From Monocercomonoides exilis PA203 (Eukaryota; Protista; Preaxostyla): a stretch of DNA of 64,000 nt. A program made the translations under genes and the position numbers. The notes beneath the pieces are model-generated. The model did not search any database. It worked only from the letters and a program-made list of their open reading frames with translations, and was not told the DNA's origin. Location of the stretch: assembly GCA_001643675.2 (NCBI GenBank), contig LSRY02000011.1, positions 372,001-436,000 of the forward strand. Reading direction: 5' to 3'. Shown piece after piece: positions 15,101-25,700 of this stretch (its first letter is position 1; each line of letters starts with the position of its first letter).

Positions 15101-15149
15101 CATCTTTTGTAACGGACAAAACTGTTTCTATTCGATTAACAGTTGTCAT
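3196..15149 (-). CDS. ECM29: Proteasome adaptor and scaffold ECM29 (HEAT repeats), about 3950 aa. Exons 15149-15080, 15025-14993, 14945-3196
   Basis: Two GT-AG introns (15079-15026, 14992-14946) give MTTVNRIETVLSVTKDENLERVLQKFLVPALELLDSTNGDEQRRTIALLSTILKRVKSYPSVKL, colinear with the ECM29 N-terminus as I recall it ([33 protein letters not shown]). Further ECM29-like blocks occur in order: CAADADGTVREEAKSGL, LGKNDSILQEIAVKGIEL, YREMAEVANDFERHDVLF, LIPRLFLLRFDRNERIQTAFNDFW, RVVEAAAKGWSALL, GKPFEGRHECI. The ORF-track start at 15063 lies inside intron 1. Confidence 0.88.
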
Positions 15150-15342
15150 AACTCAAAACCCACCAGTTTTTAATTTTTGATTGTAACCTTAATTAAATAT
15201 TTCTTTCAAAGAAGACTCGTTTTTATTATTTGATGTTAATTCAAGTCTTTGCATAAAATTCATTCTAGCCCTGGGTGACGTGCTGACTTCTGACATGCTC
15301 TTTTGGATTTCTGATGAACGTGATAAAAACTTTCACGTTACA

Positions 15343-15344
<2 letters not shown>

Positions 15345-15427
<83 letters not shown>

Positions 15428-15430
15428 AGA
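15345..15430. repeat. A45 homopolymer followed by an AG/AGAGAA microsatellite
   Basis: A run at 15345-15389, then purine repeats; about 200 bp upstream of the ECM29 start codon. Confidence 0.95.
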
Positions 15431-15489
15431 AGAAGAATATTTGACTTCACCAGAATATAATATACAAGCAAATGTTATTTCAAATAATA

Positions 15490-15536
15490 TTTCGATTTCG
15501 TTCGAAAGTTTTTCGACTTAGAATGATTTTTGGTGT
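15490..15536 (+). repeat. Copy of the dispersed repeat also seen at 808-855
   Basis: TTTCGATTTCGTTCGAAAGTTTTTCGACTTAGAATGATTTTTGGTGT aligns without gaps to the reverse complement of 808-855. Confidence 0.65.
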
Positions 15537-15918
15537 GTTATAAGAAAAATAAAATCTATTGGAAGAGTAAAAAAATTCAAATAAATTACAAAAATTTGAA
15601 AGATAATAAAAATATTGAAATTTATCATTCTTTTTAAAAAAAGAAAAAATAGATTGAAGATGAAAGAAAACATGTGAGGACAAAACAATAATAAAGACTC
15701 TTGTTGTTGTTAGGTAACAAAAACTATAAAAGAAAAATATTTTTAACTTTTAAAACACTAACTTTTATAACATATTCAGTCATTTGTGAAATCTCATGAG
15801 ATTTCTCGATAATAAAAATGAAAACAGGAAAAATTTGCATATACATACATATATATTACGATAGCAAACAAACAAACAAACAAACAAACAGAAACGCAAA
15901 GAATTTACATATTTCAAA

Positions 15919-18890
15919 TCAATGAACTGTATCCTTAATCTCTTTGTATTGCTTTCGCTTTTTGTTTCTAATCACGCACATAACACTCACAATAACAATC
16001 ACCACCACAACAATAGAAAAAACGCTTGAAGAAACAATGATTGCAACAAGATGCGAAGTGGGCATTGCATTTGGATCGTCTTTCTTCTGTTTTACCAAGA
16101 TGACATTTGTAGAATGCTTATTCTCTCCATTAATAATCCCACTCGAATAAGTCAAGCGACAAACAACTGATGTGTAATCATCAACTTCAAATAAAGATGG
16201 AGGAATCCTCACTTTCATTTCTGTCTCATTTGTGTATTCAGAAACTGGGCAATTTGAACATTTCATTTCTTCTCTTTTCCTTTTTTTAGACCCTTCAAAC
16301 GTAAGTCCACACGGAAACAAATATGACCCGTGCACAACTGCTTCGATTTCTTTCTCAATTTCATTTTCTCTTTGAAGTTCATTCTTTTTGCTGGCGTCAT
16401 CTCTTTTCAGCGTCACATTCTTCAAAACGGGTGAAAAGAAATATGAATCCATGTTCTCAGCAGCTGTTCCAGATGCTTCTTCATTAGACAGCATTCCAAA
16501 TGGCTTCCCATCAAGACCATCACTTCCTGGAGACAACGATTCCACCAGAATCCCATCTCCATTGTTTCTAACATTGTGCCGCAAAGATGGAAATTTCTCC
16601 CAGCCAGTATCGATTGGATGGTTGTTTATGAAACTGCAGTTGTACAAATGTAACGTAGATGAATATGAAAGAATTGCTCCATCGCTTATGTCAATAAATG
16701 AGCTGTCATTTATGTCTGTTGAACCTGTATTATTCAGAAATAAAAGTCCTGAATCCCACGAACACAACAGATTGTTCTCTTCATTTCCCTGATTCAAATG
16801 TTCCTCGTTTGTTGCATTCCGAAAAGCTCTGAGGCTGTAAGCTGCCTCATCGTTCCCACGCTGACTTTTTCGGGTGATATTTTTGTTTCTTCCGTAAATA
16901 ACATGTCGTGAAAATTCTGTTGTAACTCGCCCAAATTCAATCAGCTTATATGGAAGTAATTTTCCTTCTCCTCCAGCACGTTTTCACCCTTCAAGCCAGT
17001 GAACCAAGGCCGAAATACAACATCTGTAATCTGGAAAACACATTCCCCGTATATCAAAGTTAGCGAATCTCCTTCGATCGCGTCTGGATATTCAAAATCC
17101 AAATGAAAAAATGAAAACATGCTGATTTCGTCTCCGAACACTGCAAGTGCAAAGTCGGTTTTTATATTTGCTCCAATTCGAACGGTTCCTCTGCTCTGTT
17201 CACCTTTCGATGAAGGCATTGATACGGAATCATTAACAGAAGAAAACTTTGTAACTTGGCAACCATTGAAAGACTCGCTAGCAAATACTTTTCCAATCAA
17301 TCAAATGAACATAAAGTTTTTCCATGGCTCGTGCTTGGCAATGCCAATAAATTGAGAGCATGGTTCTTCTTTTCGCCCGCATGTTTTCTCGTTGCTTGCT
17401 TCTTCGCCTCCAACAAAGATGTTCACTGAATGGTATGACAATATATTCCCTTTGTCTGCCATTAGGTCAATAATTCTTCCATCTTTCCTATCTTCGAGCA
17501 ATATATAATTCTTCTTCCCGTAAATCCCTTCCATCTCGAAATAAAATTGACCTTCGTCGATCTGTTCTCTTCCTGCTGGAAATGAAAAGCAAATATATTC
17601 CCCTTTCTCTGCTGCACAATTCGAGAACTTCATATCTTTCAATGCAAGGTTCAGCGTTTTTGTAGCTTCGTCTGTAACTTGAACAAACATTGCTCCTCCT
17701 TTTGACTCGTCATTTACTTGAACATTCAGCCCATCTGAGTTCTCGCTTGCATTTCCGCACGAACAATTCAAGAAATGCATTCGAAAAAATATACAAGGAT
17801 GCTCGCTATTCGTTATTTTCAAATATATCGCACCTCCCAACTTGTGCTCAGTTGACCAGCAATTTGTAAAAGTGCAATCATCAAACTTTGTAGATTGGCA
17901 TCCTCCCATTATAGTCAAGACCGATTGAGTTTTGCTTTTCGTGGTGATCGAGTCCAATGTCATTGCGAAATTTTCAATTTTTTGAGAGGCTTCAGCAAGT
18001 ATCAGTGCACAGGAAGATACAAAATGTGAAATCTCTATGCTCTGAAACATCAATTCGCCAGATTTACATTCAACAAGCACGCAGCTCAGCTCATTTCCAG
18101 TCTCTATATTGCTGATATTCGTTTTTTCCAATTTAGTTTGTGAGCCTTCTCCTTCCAAAACAATTAATCCTTGATTTCTTCCGCTTTCTCGTTTTGTATC
18201 CACGCAAATATCGGCATAGCCAATGTATAAAAACCCTTTGCCTTTAACGCAAAACAAGGCGTCACCATTTTTCACTTTCTTTTCGTCCAAAGCTGTTTTG
18301 ATACTAATTATACTTTTGTCTCCATTATCAAGTTTGATGTGACGCCCATCAATTATTATTGGCTCGATATCGAATCTATTGCAATCTTCGGTCGTATGAA
18401 TCTGTAATATTCCTTCGGGCTTGCAGTGCTCCACTGCCTTTTTAATTGTTTTACATGGAATATTCCCTGATAGGCCACATTCTTCGCTGTCAATCCCGTT
18501 TTCTCCATCCACTTCAACTTCATATTCACTGTTGCTTTGAATTGCTTTAAATGCAATTTCAGAATGATATTCAGTAATTCTTTTCTCGTTCTCTTTTCGC
18601 AAGCTGAAATCGTCCAAATTCAAAAAAGAGGTTTTTCTACTCAAGTGTTCAAGGCATCTTTCGTGCATTTGGTCCATGTTTCCTTCATCGTCTTCTATTA
18701 TTTCTTTACGTTCGTGTAAGCGTGCGGTAGAATTAAGACTCAGACAATCAATTCCTTCAGAAGAATAATTAACATTTCTCGAGAAAAATGCATCCACATT
18801 TTCTCTTTTTGTTTGCATGTCTTCATCTCCTTTCTTATCAATGCAATTGATGTCGTAGACACAGCAAAAAATGCTCACAAACAAAAGCAT
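15919..18890 (-). pseudogene. Interrupted type I membrane protein (~990 aa): signal peptide, beta-helix ectodomain, one TM helix, short tail
   Basis: Three ORFs form one gene. 18890-17301 ends in an in-frame TGA followed directly by in-frame 17300-16941; a frameshift near 16975 then enters ...GGEGKLLPYKLIEF..., which is continuous with 16797-15919. Hydrophobic N-terminus, GIDSEECGLSGNIPCKTIKKAV and GGAIY/GGAMF motifs, TM segment LVAIIVSSSVFSIVVVVIVIVSVMCVI, tail RNKKRKQYKEIKDTVH. Assembly error cannot be excluded. Confidence 0.75.
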
Positions 18891-19029
18891 ATCGCAATAT
18901 TTGGAAATTAAAATTTTCCTTTATGATCTTAACCATATATTTATTTAAATTATTGAAAACTGAAACAATAAAATATAAAACACATGAAAATTATTATTAC
19001 GCCTTCCTCTTATCTTGATATACACAATC

Positions 19030-20730
19030 TGACAATGGGATCACATTCTTCTTCCATCTTTTCAAGCACTTTCATTTTCATCATCCTTCTTTCTTTTCAA
19101 TTTCCTTGAAGCGTTTTTCAAAAAAAACAAACAATCATTCGTTTATTTATCATTTGATGCTAATTGTAGAATCTCCTCCAAAACAACATCAATAGCTCCT
19201 CATTGAACAAATCTTTAACTTTCACATTTCTGTTACCCCCTGCTTCAAATGAAAAAATATACAAATCGGATATTTCACTGTTATTATCTCTTGATGCTCA
19301 AAACACACTCGCAAAAATCCAGATAAGCATACAAGCTCTTCATTCCACAATTTGCATTTCCTGAAAAAAGACTTCAGCATTTCAATCCATCTCGTCAAAA
19401 CTATTTCTTCTTTCGCTTCTTTTTTTTTTTCCTCTTTTTTTCTCTTCCAATGATTCTGCAGCTTCTTTCTCAAAATGCAGTTCATTTTCAATTGCACCTT
19501 CTAAGTCTTCGTTACATTGAAATCTATTTTTCAAAAAATCCCATGCACATTGGTATAAGAGTCTTTTCAGATTTCTGTGTTTCCTATGATTTTGGATGAT
19601 CTCCTTGATCTCATTCAAATACAGTTCTTGATGAATAAACTACAGTGAAGCTCGGTTATAATCACCTCGGTTGTAATCAAGACCGCGAATAATCACATTT
19701 TTTTCTCGCATCAAAATATATAGCATTTTTTCAGTGAAATTTCATCGGTTATAATCACACCAAAATCGCGAATAATCACAATTTTTAAAAAATAATGGGT
19801 ATTTTTCTGTCTATTTTGAAATTTTTGAAAAAATGAAAGTTGTTATTTTTTGCTTTATTATTAACAATAAAGAACATTGAATCATTAAATATTGAAAAAT
19901 TGAAACAAATGTGTGGATTTCAATAAATATTGAAAAAATACTTTTTTTTCATTATAAAAAATTATTTCAGTTAAAATTTTCAATGAAAAAACAGTTTCGG
20001 TTATAATCAAGTTCGGTTATAATCACAAAAAATCGTGCAAAATCGAATGTGATTATAACCGAACTTCACTGTATTTAGAAAATTTAAAGAAAAATTAATT
20101 ATACTTAAAAAGAAATTGGAGTCTCATACACCAAAACAAATTTTCCTTCTGCAATCAAAGTTATTTCTTTTTCTTTTCTTTACTTTTGCCTTTTCTTTTT
20201 CCTCTTTTCCTGATGCAACTTTCCGAAGACATGGTACACAAACCGAATGCAATTTCGATGAAAAGGAGATACTTAGTGTTGGGAATCATTCGCAAAGGTC
20301 AACAAAAAAAATGCGTTTTTTTCATCTATTTTTTCCATTCTTCTTCATCAAACATCTTCTTAAATCTTCTGTACAACTACAACAACAAAATCTATCAAAT
20401 GTGAATACACTCCATTTGAGTATCCAATGTGTTTTAGCTGCAAACAGAATGTAACATTGATTTTATCTCTTCCTTGTAATTTCATTGATTTTGTCGAACA
20501 ATCCGATTCTGAAAATTGAATTCAATAACAAATGTGCATTTTATTAGTCAGTGAAATCATTTCTTTAATTTTCTTTTTGGCACATTGGTTAAGCAATCTT
20601 CCAAATCATTAATCATTTCTGCATGAAAAATTAAGAATTAATCCAATTCGTCAAGAATCCAAATGCAACAGCAATCGCACACCAGCGACATTCACAGTCA
20701 TATACTTCTCATTCATAATTGATAGACATT
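19030..20730 (-). pseudogene. Heavily decayed member of a helical, Glu/Lys-rich uncharacterised gene family, interrupted by a MITE
   Basis: Protein-like segments in shifting frames on both sides of the MITE: FVDLCE*...VCVPCLRKVASGKEEKEK, QELYLNEIKEIIQNHRKHRNLKRLLYQCAWDFL, RWIEML...WNEELVCL, GAIDVVLEEI, KVLEKMEEE, with many stops and frameshifts. Resemblance to an expanded Monocercomonoides hypothetical family is from memory. Boundaries are approximate. Confidence 0.6.
19643..20071. mobile_element. 429-bp non-autonomous DNA transposon (MITE), Tc1/mariner superfamily, pogo-like ends
   Basis: 23-bp TIRs CAGTGAAG(C/T)TCGGTTATAATCAC (19643-19665 and 20049-20071, 22/23 match); TA duplication at 19641-19642 and 20072-20073; repeated internal GGTTATAATCA-type motifs; no coding capacity. 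Confidence 0.92.
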
Positions 20731-21320
20731 GCATTCTGAAACAAAAGTCATTTTCACATATTTATAGAACTCGAAAATGTTTGGATTTTGCGAATTGGTG
20801 CTAAAAATCATAATTTTAATAAGCCACAAAAAACCTGTTCTCACATAATCCACCAAAGCTCATTTATTTTCACAAAACTTTTAATCTTTGCTTATTTAAA
20901 ACTTTAATCATATAATAATGGTAAATAATTTTCTTTTCGATTTCAAATGTTGAAACAAAAATGAATAAACAAAATTTTCTTTTATTGATATTTCATTATT
21001 TCTTTCCACAATTGAAATCGTAATTTTTTTATTTTTCTGTCGGAATAAAAGTGGATTCTGAAAAGATGATTATTTTTCACTTCATCTATGGTTAAATTCA
21101 TTTACTGTTATTGATTTCTTAAATCTTGTTTTTTTTTGTTCTTGTTTTGCATTTGTGGTTTGATTTTCTTTAAAGTTATATTTTCTTTAACCGAATTCAA
21201 CTACTGATCTTTCATTTATCCTTTGTTTTTTAGGAGTTTTCAAAAAATATTTGTGAATATTCTTTACGAAAGCGTATTATTAATTATCACATTTTAATCT
21301 TTACCATTATTTATAAAAAC

Positions 21321-22351
21321 ATGGTTTGAAAACAAATTGAAATTCTTTTATTGCGCAGTAAAACAAACTATGTGCAATTTTTAATAACTTTTTCAAATAA
21401 CATTGTTGAAAATTAGTCTGCAAGTGGATCAAAAGTTAGTTCAGTTATTAGTTTGAAGGGTTCGACAGCAATTGTTACAGAATTTTTTGGATTTTGCATC
21501 AACAGCATTCTTTATCAGGTTTGAAGCAAACATTGATAACTGTAATTAATTATATATGTTTTGTTCTCGTGGTATGCACGTGATTCCATTTAGAGAGGAA
21601 TATATCCCCCAGACAAATTTCAAACTGTTACGAAATATGGACTCCCTATTCACATCACAAATGATAGAGGATTGATGAATTATCTCGGTCAAGTTCTAAG
21701 CCAAATTTCAGGTGTTCATAAAGATTAAAATAAAATTTGTCTGACGATTTTATAATCCTTTTAGAATGGGTAATGAGCGGCTCTATTCAACGATTCGTAA
21801 TTGTCATATCATCTGCTGCAAGCGGCGAAGTTATTGAACGATGGGTTTTCAATGTTGAGACTGATAAGCAAATGGCATCAAGTGGAAGGAATGCAACTTT
21901 TCATTATTTAACTTATTAATTTTTTATATATTTTTTTGATAATTTTTTTAGACCGTCAGACAAAAGTGAAGTGGAGATTCAAAGAGAAATTCAAGCGCTT
22001 ATAAGACAGATTACTGTTACTGTTACTGTTCTCCCATTGATTAAAGTGCCATGTGTGAAATCAAATTTAAAATTCTCCATATAATATTTCCAAATGATTT
22101 TTCATAACTGCGATAGGCACGTTTGATCTCCTTGTGTATGCTGATGAAGATGTGGATATTCCCGCTGCATGGGAAGAGTCAGATCCGAAATATGTGATTG
22201 GAGCGACTGAAATTCCAATTCGTTCATTTACAACAAAGGTTTGTATTTCTTTTCTTTTCTTTTTTCCCCAACCAATATATAATAACAAATCTGCTTATAA
22301 ATTTAGATCCACAAAGTCACCCCTTCGGTGTCTTATCACGAAGACGACTAA
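21321..22351 (+). CDS. MAD2: Spindle assembly checkpoint HORMA protein MAD2, 204 aa. Exons 21321-21323, 21417-21518, 21594-21711, 21765-21888, 21952-22052, 22117-22238, 22307-22351
   Basis: Spliced product: [54 protein letters not shown]...ERWVFNVETD...KSEVEIQREIQALIRQITVTVTVLPLI...CTFDLLVYAD...WEESDPKYV...RSFTTKIHKVTPSVSY. These are diagnostic MAD2 motifs, and the exons sum to 615 nt. The intron 4 donor and the ATG-only first exon are inferred. Confidence 0.95.
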
Positions 22352-22748
22352 CTTAAAAAGAATGACGCTACTGCAATTTGATAGTAATTCAACCAGAATT
22401 TAACAACGAATTATTCCTTACAATTCTTTTTTCTTTTTTTTGAGTTTTTCCACTTTTTTTCAATCAAATACGCACATCAACCAGGCAACTCTAACAAGCA
22501 TACAGATTTATTTATTTTTTTGTTATCGTAATAAAAAATGACTGAAAGAAATGTGTAATTGAAATGCAGGTGGCGATTGCTTCAAACTCTCATGCTTTGA
22601 CACAAACATCAAAACATGAAGGTTTATAATAAGGCAAAACAAATCAAAGTTCGAGAACAGCACAAAATAAACAAAAGAAAGAGAGAGAGAGAAAGAAGAA
22701 AGAATGAATGAATGAAGAAGAAGAGGAGAAATGCCAGCGATTCAGTGT

Positions 22749-25700
22749 TCAACGTTTTTTCCCTCTTTCATATTCAGTTGATGTTTTGGTTAGCAGATGT
22801 GTAGAAGAATGAGAAGTGTATATGGAAGAGTAAGATGAGTATGACGATGCAGGAGAAGCAGGAGGAGTGGAAGAAGAAGAAGAAGAAGATGATGATGATG
22901 AATTTGATTGACTGTGGTGTGGATAAGATGAAGATGAGAGCTTATCAGAGTTGTGTTGAGAAGGAAGAATTTTGGTTGGGGCCATTGAAGATGGAATGGA
23001 AGATGATATGTATGAAGAAGAAGAAGAGGAGGATGAATGAGATGGAGAAGGTGAAGGCGATAAAGATGTGTATGAAGAATAAACATTTGATGAAGAATAT
23101 GAAGTTGTAGACGAAGAAGAAGGAGAAGGAGACGAAGGAGCAGGCGAAGGCATATAAGAAAACGAAGAGGAAGATGACAAGGAAGATGACGAAGAAGAAG
23201 GAACATAGCTAGTTGAAGCAGGAGAAGGAGCAGAAGTTGGATGAGGAGAATAGAGACTGCTACGCTCATACTGCGTTTTGCCATCTCTCCCTCCTCTCTC
23301 AAAGTAATACTCTTCATCCACCCAACTCTGCCCTGCTGCTTCTTCTTCCTGTTCATTTGCATTCTCCTCTTCGACAACCTCATCGTCGCTCACCCACTGC
23401 CTCTCCCTCAGCTCAATCAGATCCAGCACTTGGAACTGGATGCGCCGGGAGACTGCCTTGTTGCCGTAGATCGTCTTCACTTTGCTCATCACTTTGTCCA
23501 CAAACAGCTTGTGCTCGGGAGTTTTGTCCAGCTGCTTGCCCACTTTCGTCATGAACAAGCAGAACGCCTCGATGTTCTCTTCGATCGGGTGTGTCCAGTT
23601 GAACTTGAGCACTTTCACACAGCAGCCTCTCACAACACTCGCGTGGAGGAGGCCTGCCACATACAGCTCGCCCACAAACTGCATCACACCTCGGAAGCGA
23701 AGACGAAGGAGAGCTGTGTGTTCACTGTCGGAGAGAGAGTCGGGGGTGTCGGGGGCGGATGAGGAAGAAGAGGAGGAGGAAGAAGCAGAAGAAGAAGAGG
23801 CTGAAGAAGAAGAAGATGAGGAGGAGGAGGAAGAAGAGGAAGAAGATAAAGAGGAAGATGAAGGAGATGAAGCAACAAGTGCATTTTGTCTGGCAGAAGA
23901 AAACAGAGAAGCAAGGGTCGGGGTTTTGTTGTCCTCCGCTTGAGATTCAGATGCCTTTTGTTCAGATTGAGGAAGAGATGGCGAAGGAGAGCGAGACAAA
24001 CCAGGAGGCAGGTTATTCTCTTTGCCTGGGTCAGCAGCAGCATTCGCAAAAACTGTTGAAATCGACTGAGAAGTTTGTGCTTCTTCTTTTCCTTCTTCTT
24101 TGCCAGTTTGAGAAGAGGATTCGATTGAAGCATCTTTTTGCTCTTTCTTTTCAGTGGAAGAATTGTCGACTTCTTCAGAAACTGCTTCAGCATTCTCATT
24201 TTGAGTGTGTTCAATGCTTTCATTTGAAGTCATTGTTTGTTTGTTTTCTGCATCTGAAGGAATGTTAGTTTTCCCTTCTTCTTTTCCTTCTTCTTCTTCT
24301 GCTTCAGTTGATTGCTCAGCTGAACTCTGCTTCTCATTCTCATTGAGTGAAAGAGAAGAATCTTCAGTCTTCTCTTTCATCATCGATGCCTCGTCCTTTG
24401 CAGATGGCGATGCTGCTGCTGCTGGCTGAGGAGAAGAAGATGACTCAAATGAAGAAGGAGAAGAAGCAGGAGAAGGAGAAAGAGATGATTCATTGTTCTT
24501 TGAAGGTGCTAAGGGCATGAAAGGCGGCAAAGTAGAAAGAACAGCAGATGGCAGAAGAGCAGAGTCTGATGACTGCAAAGGAGAAGACTCAAGTTCTTGT
24601 TCATGTGAATGAGGAAACAGACTGGAATGAGGAGAAATTGGTGATTGGCATTCCTTGCTGGATGAAGGTGCATCAGAATTGAACTGCACAAATGGAACAT
24701 TATCAACATCGCTTTCGTCTTTGTTTTTTGTGTCTGTTTCGTCTGTTCTGGTTGTTCTGGTTGTTTCTGCTCTTTCTCTTTTGCTTTCTCCTTCATTTTC
24801 TTCCTCTTCCTCCTCCTCTTCTTCTTCCTCTTCCTCTTCCTCATCTCCTTCCTCTTCTTCCCCTTCCTCTTCCTCCTCTTCTTCTTTCGTCTCTTTCTCA
24901 TTCTCTTTCTTTTTCGTTTCATTTTCATTTCCATTACCGCTCTCATTTTTATTCTCATTCTCATTTTCTGCTTCTGCTTGTGTCTTCTGCATTTCTTCAT
25001 CCTGGTTCTCGCTTGCTTCCTTTTTGCCCTCTTTCCTCTTCCTCTCGTCCTGATGCTTCTTCACAAATGTGAACGAGTAAAGCTCAAACTCCCTCTGACA
25101 CTTCGAAAGAAGCAGCCGACGAAACAGAGAAGAACGGTGTCTATTGTCATCTTTGTTCTCCCCTTCTTTCTCTCCTTCTTTCTCTCTTTCTTTCTCTCCT
25201 TCTTTTTCTTTCTCTTTTTCATCTCCTTTCTCTTTTCCCTCTTTGTCTTCCTTGCCATTCAGTGAGAATATATCTTCGGACAGCACAGTGCACAACTGTG
25301 CGTACATCTTCACATACTTTTTCTCTGCTATTGCTTTTTCAAACAATTCATCCAAAAGCCCATCCAAAATCTGCGCATTCGTCACCAGCTTCGCAATCTC
25401 CTTCGACAGCTCGTCAAAAGTCGACGGAGAAATCTTGTTCAGAATGGACAAGCATTTCCCCACCGCTTGTTTGTTTGCTTCAATTATCTCCTTCTCTTCT
25501 TGTCGCTTCCTCTTCCTCTCCTCTTTTCGTTTCAGAAGAAACTCCTTTCGCCATTTCCTCTTTGCTGCCTCACGTGCCATTCGTGCTGCTTCTAACTGTT
25601 TCTCTTTCGCTCGCTGCTCTTCTTCGGCTGCTTGCATCAGCTCAAGTTCTGTGCGGACAACAGGAACAGAAGAAGAAGAAGAAGAAGAGGTTTGTTCATC

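Noticed and set aside
808-15536. A 14.7-kb transposon carrying ECM29 between inverted repeat copies
   Set aside because: No target duplication or defined termini, a nearer inverted partner exists at 1360-1430, and ECM29 looks like a normal intron-bearing gene.
17301-17303. Selenocysteine or Trp recoding of the in-frame TGA
   Set aside because: A frameshift follows within 330 bp, TGA is the ordinary stop of three intact genes here, and I see no redox motif or evident SECIS.
19643-20071. CRISPR-like array of GGTTATAATCA repeats
   Set aside because: Repeats are 13-14 bp, irregularly spaced, enclosed by TIRs with a TA duplication, and there are no cas genes.
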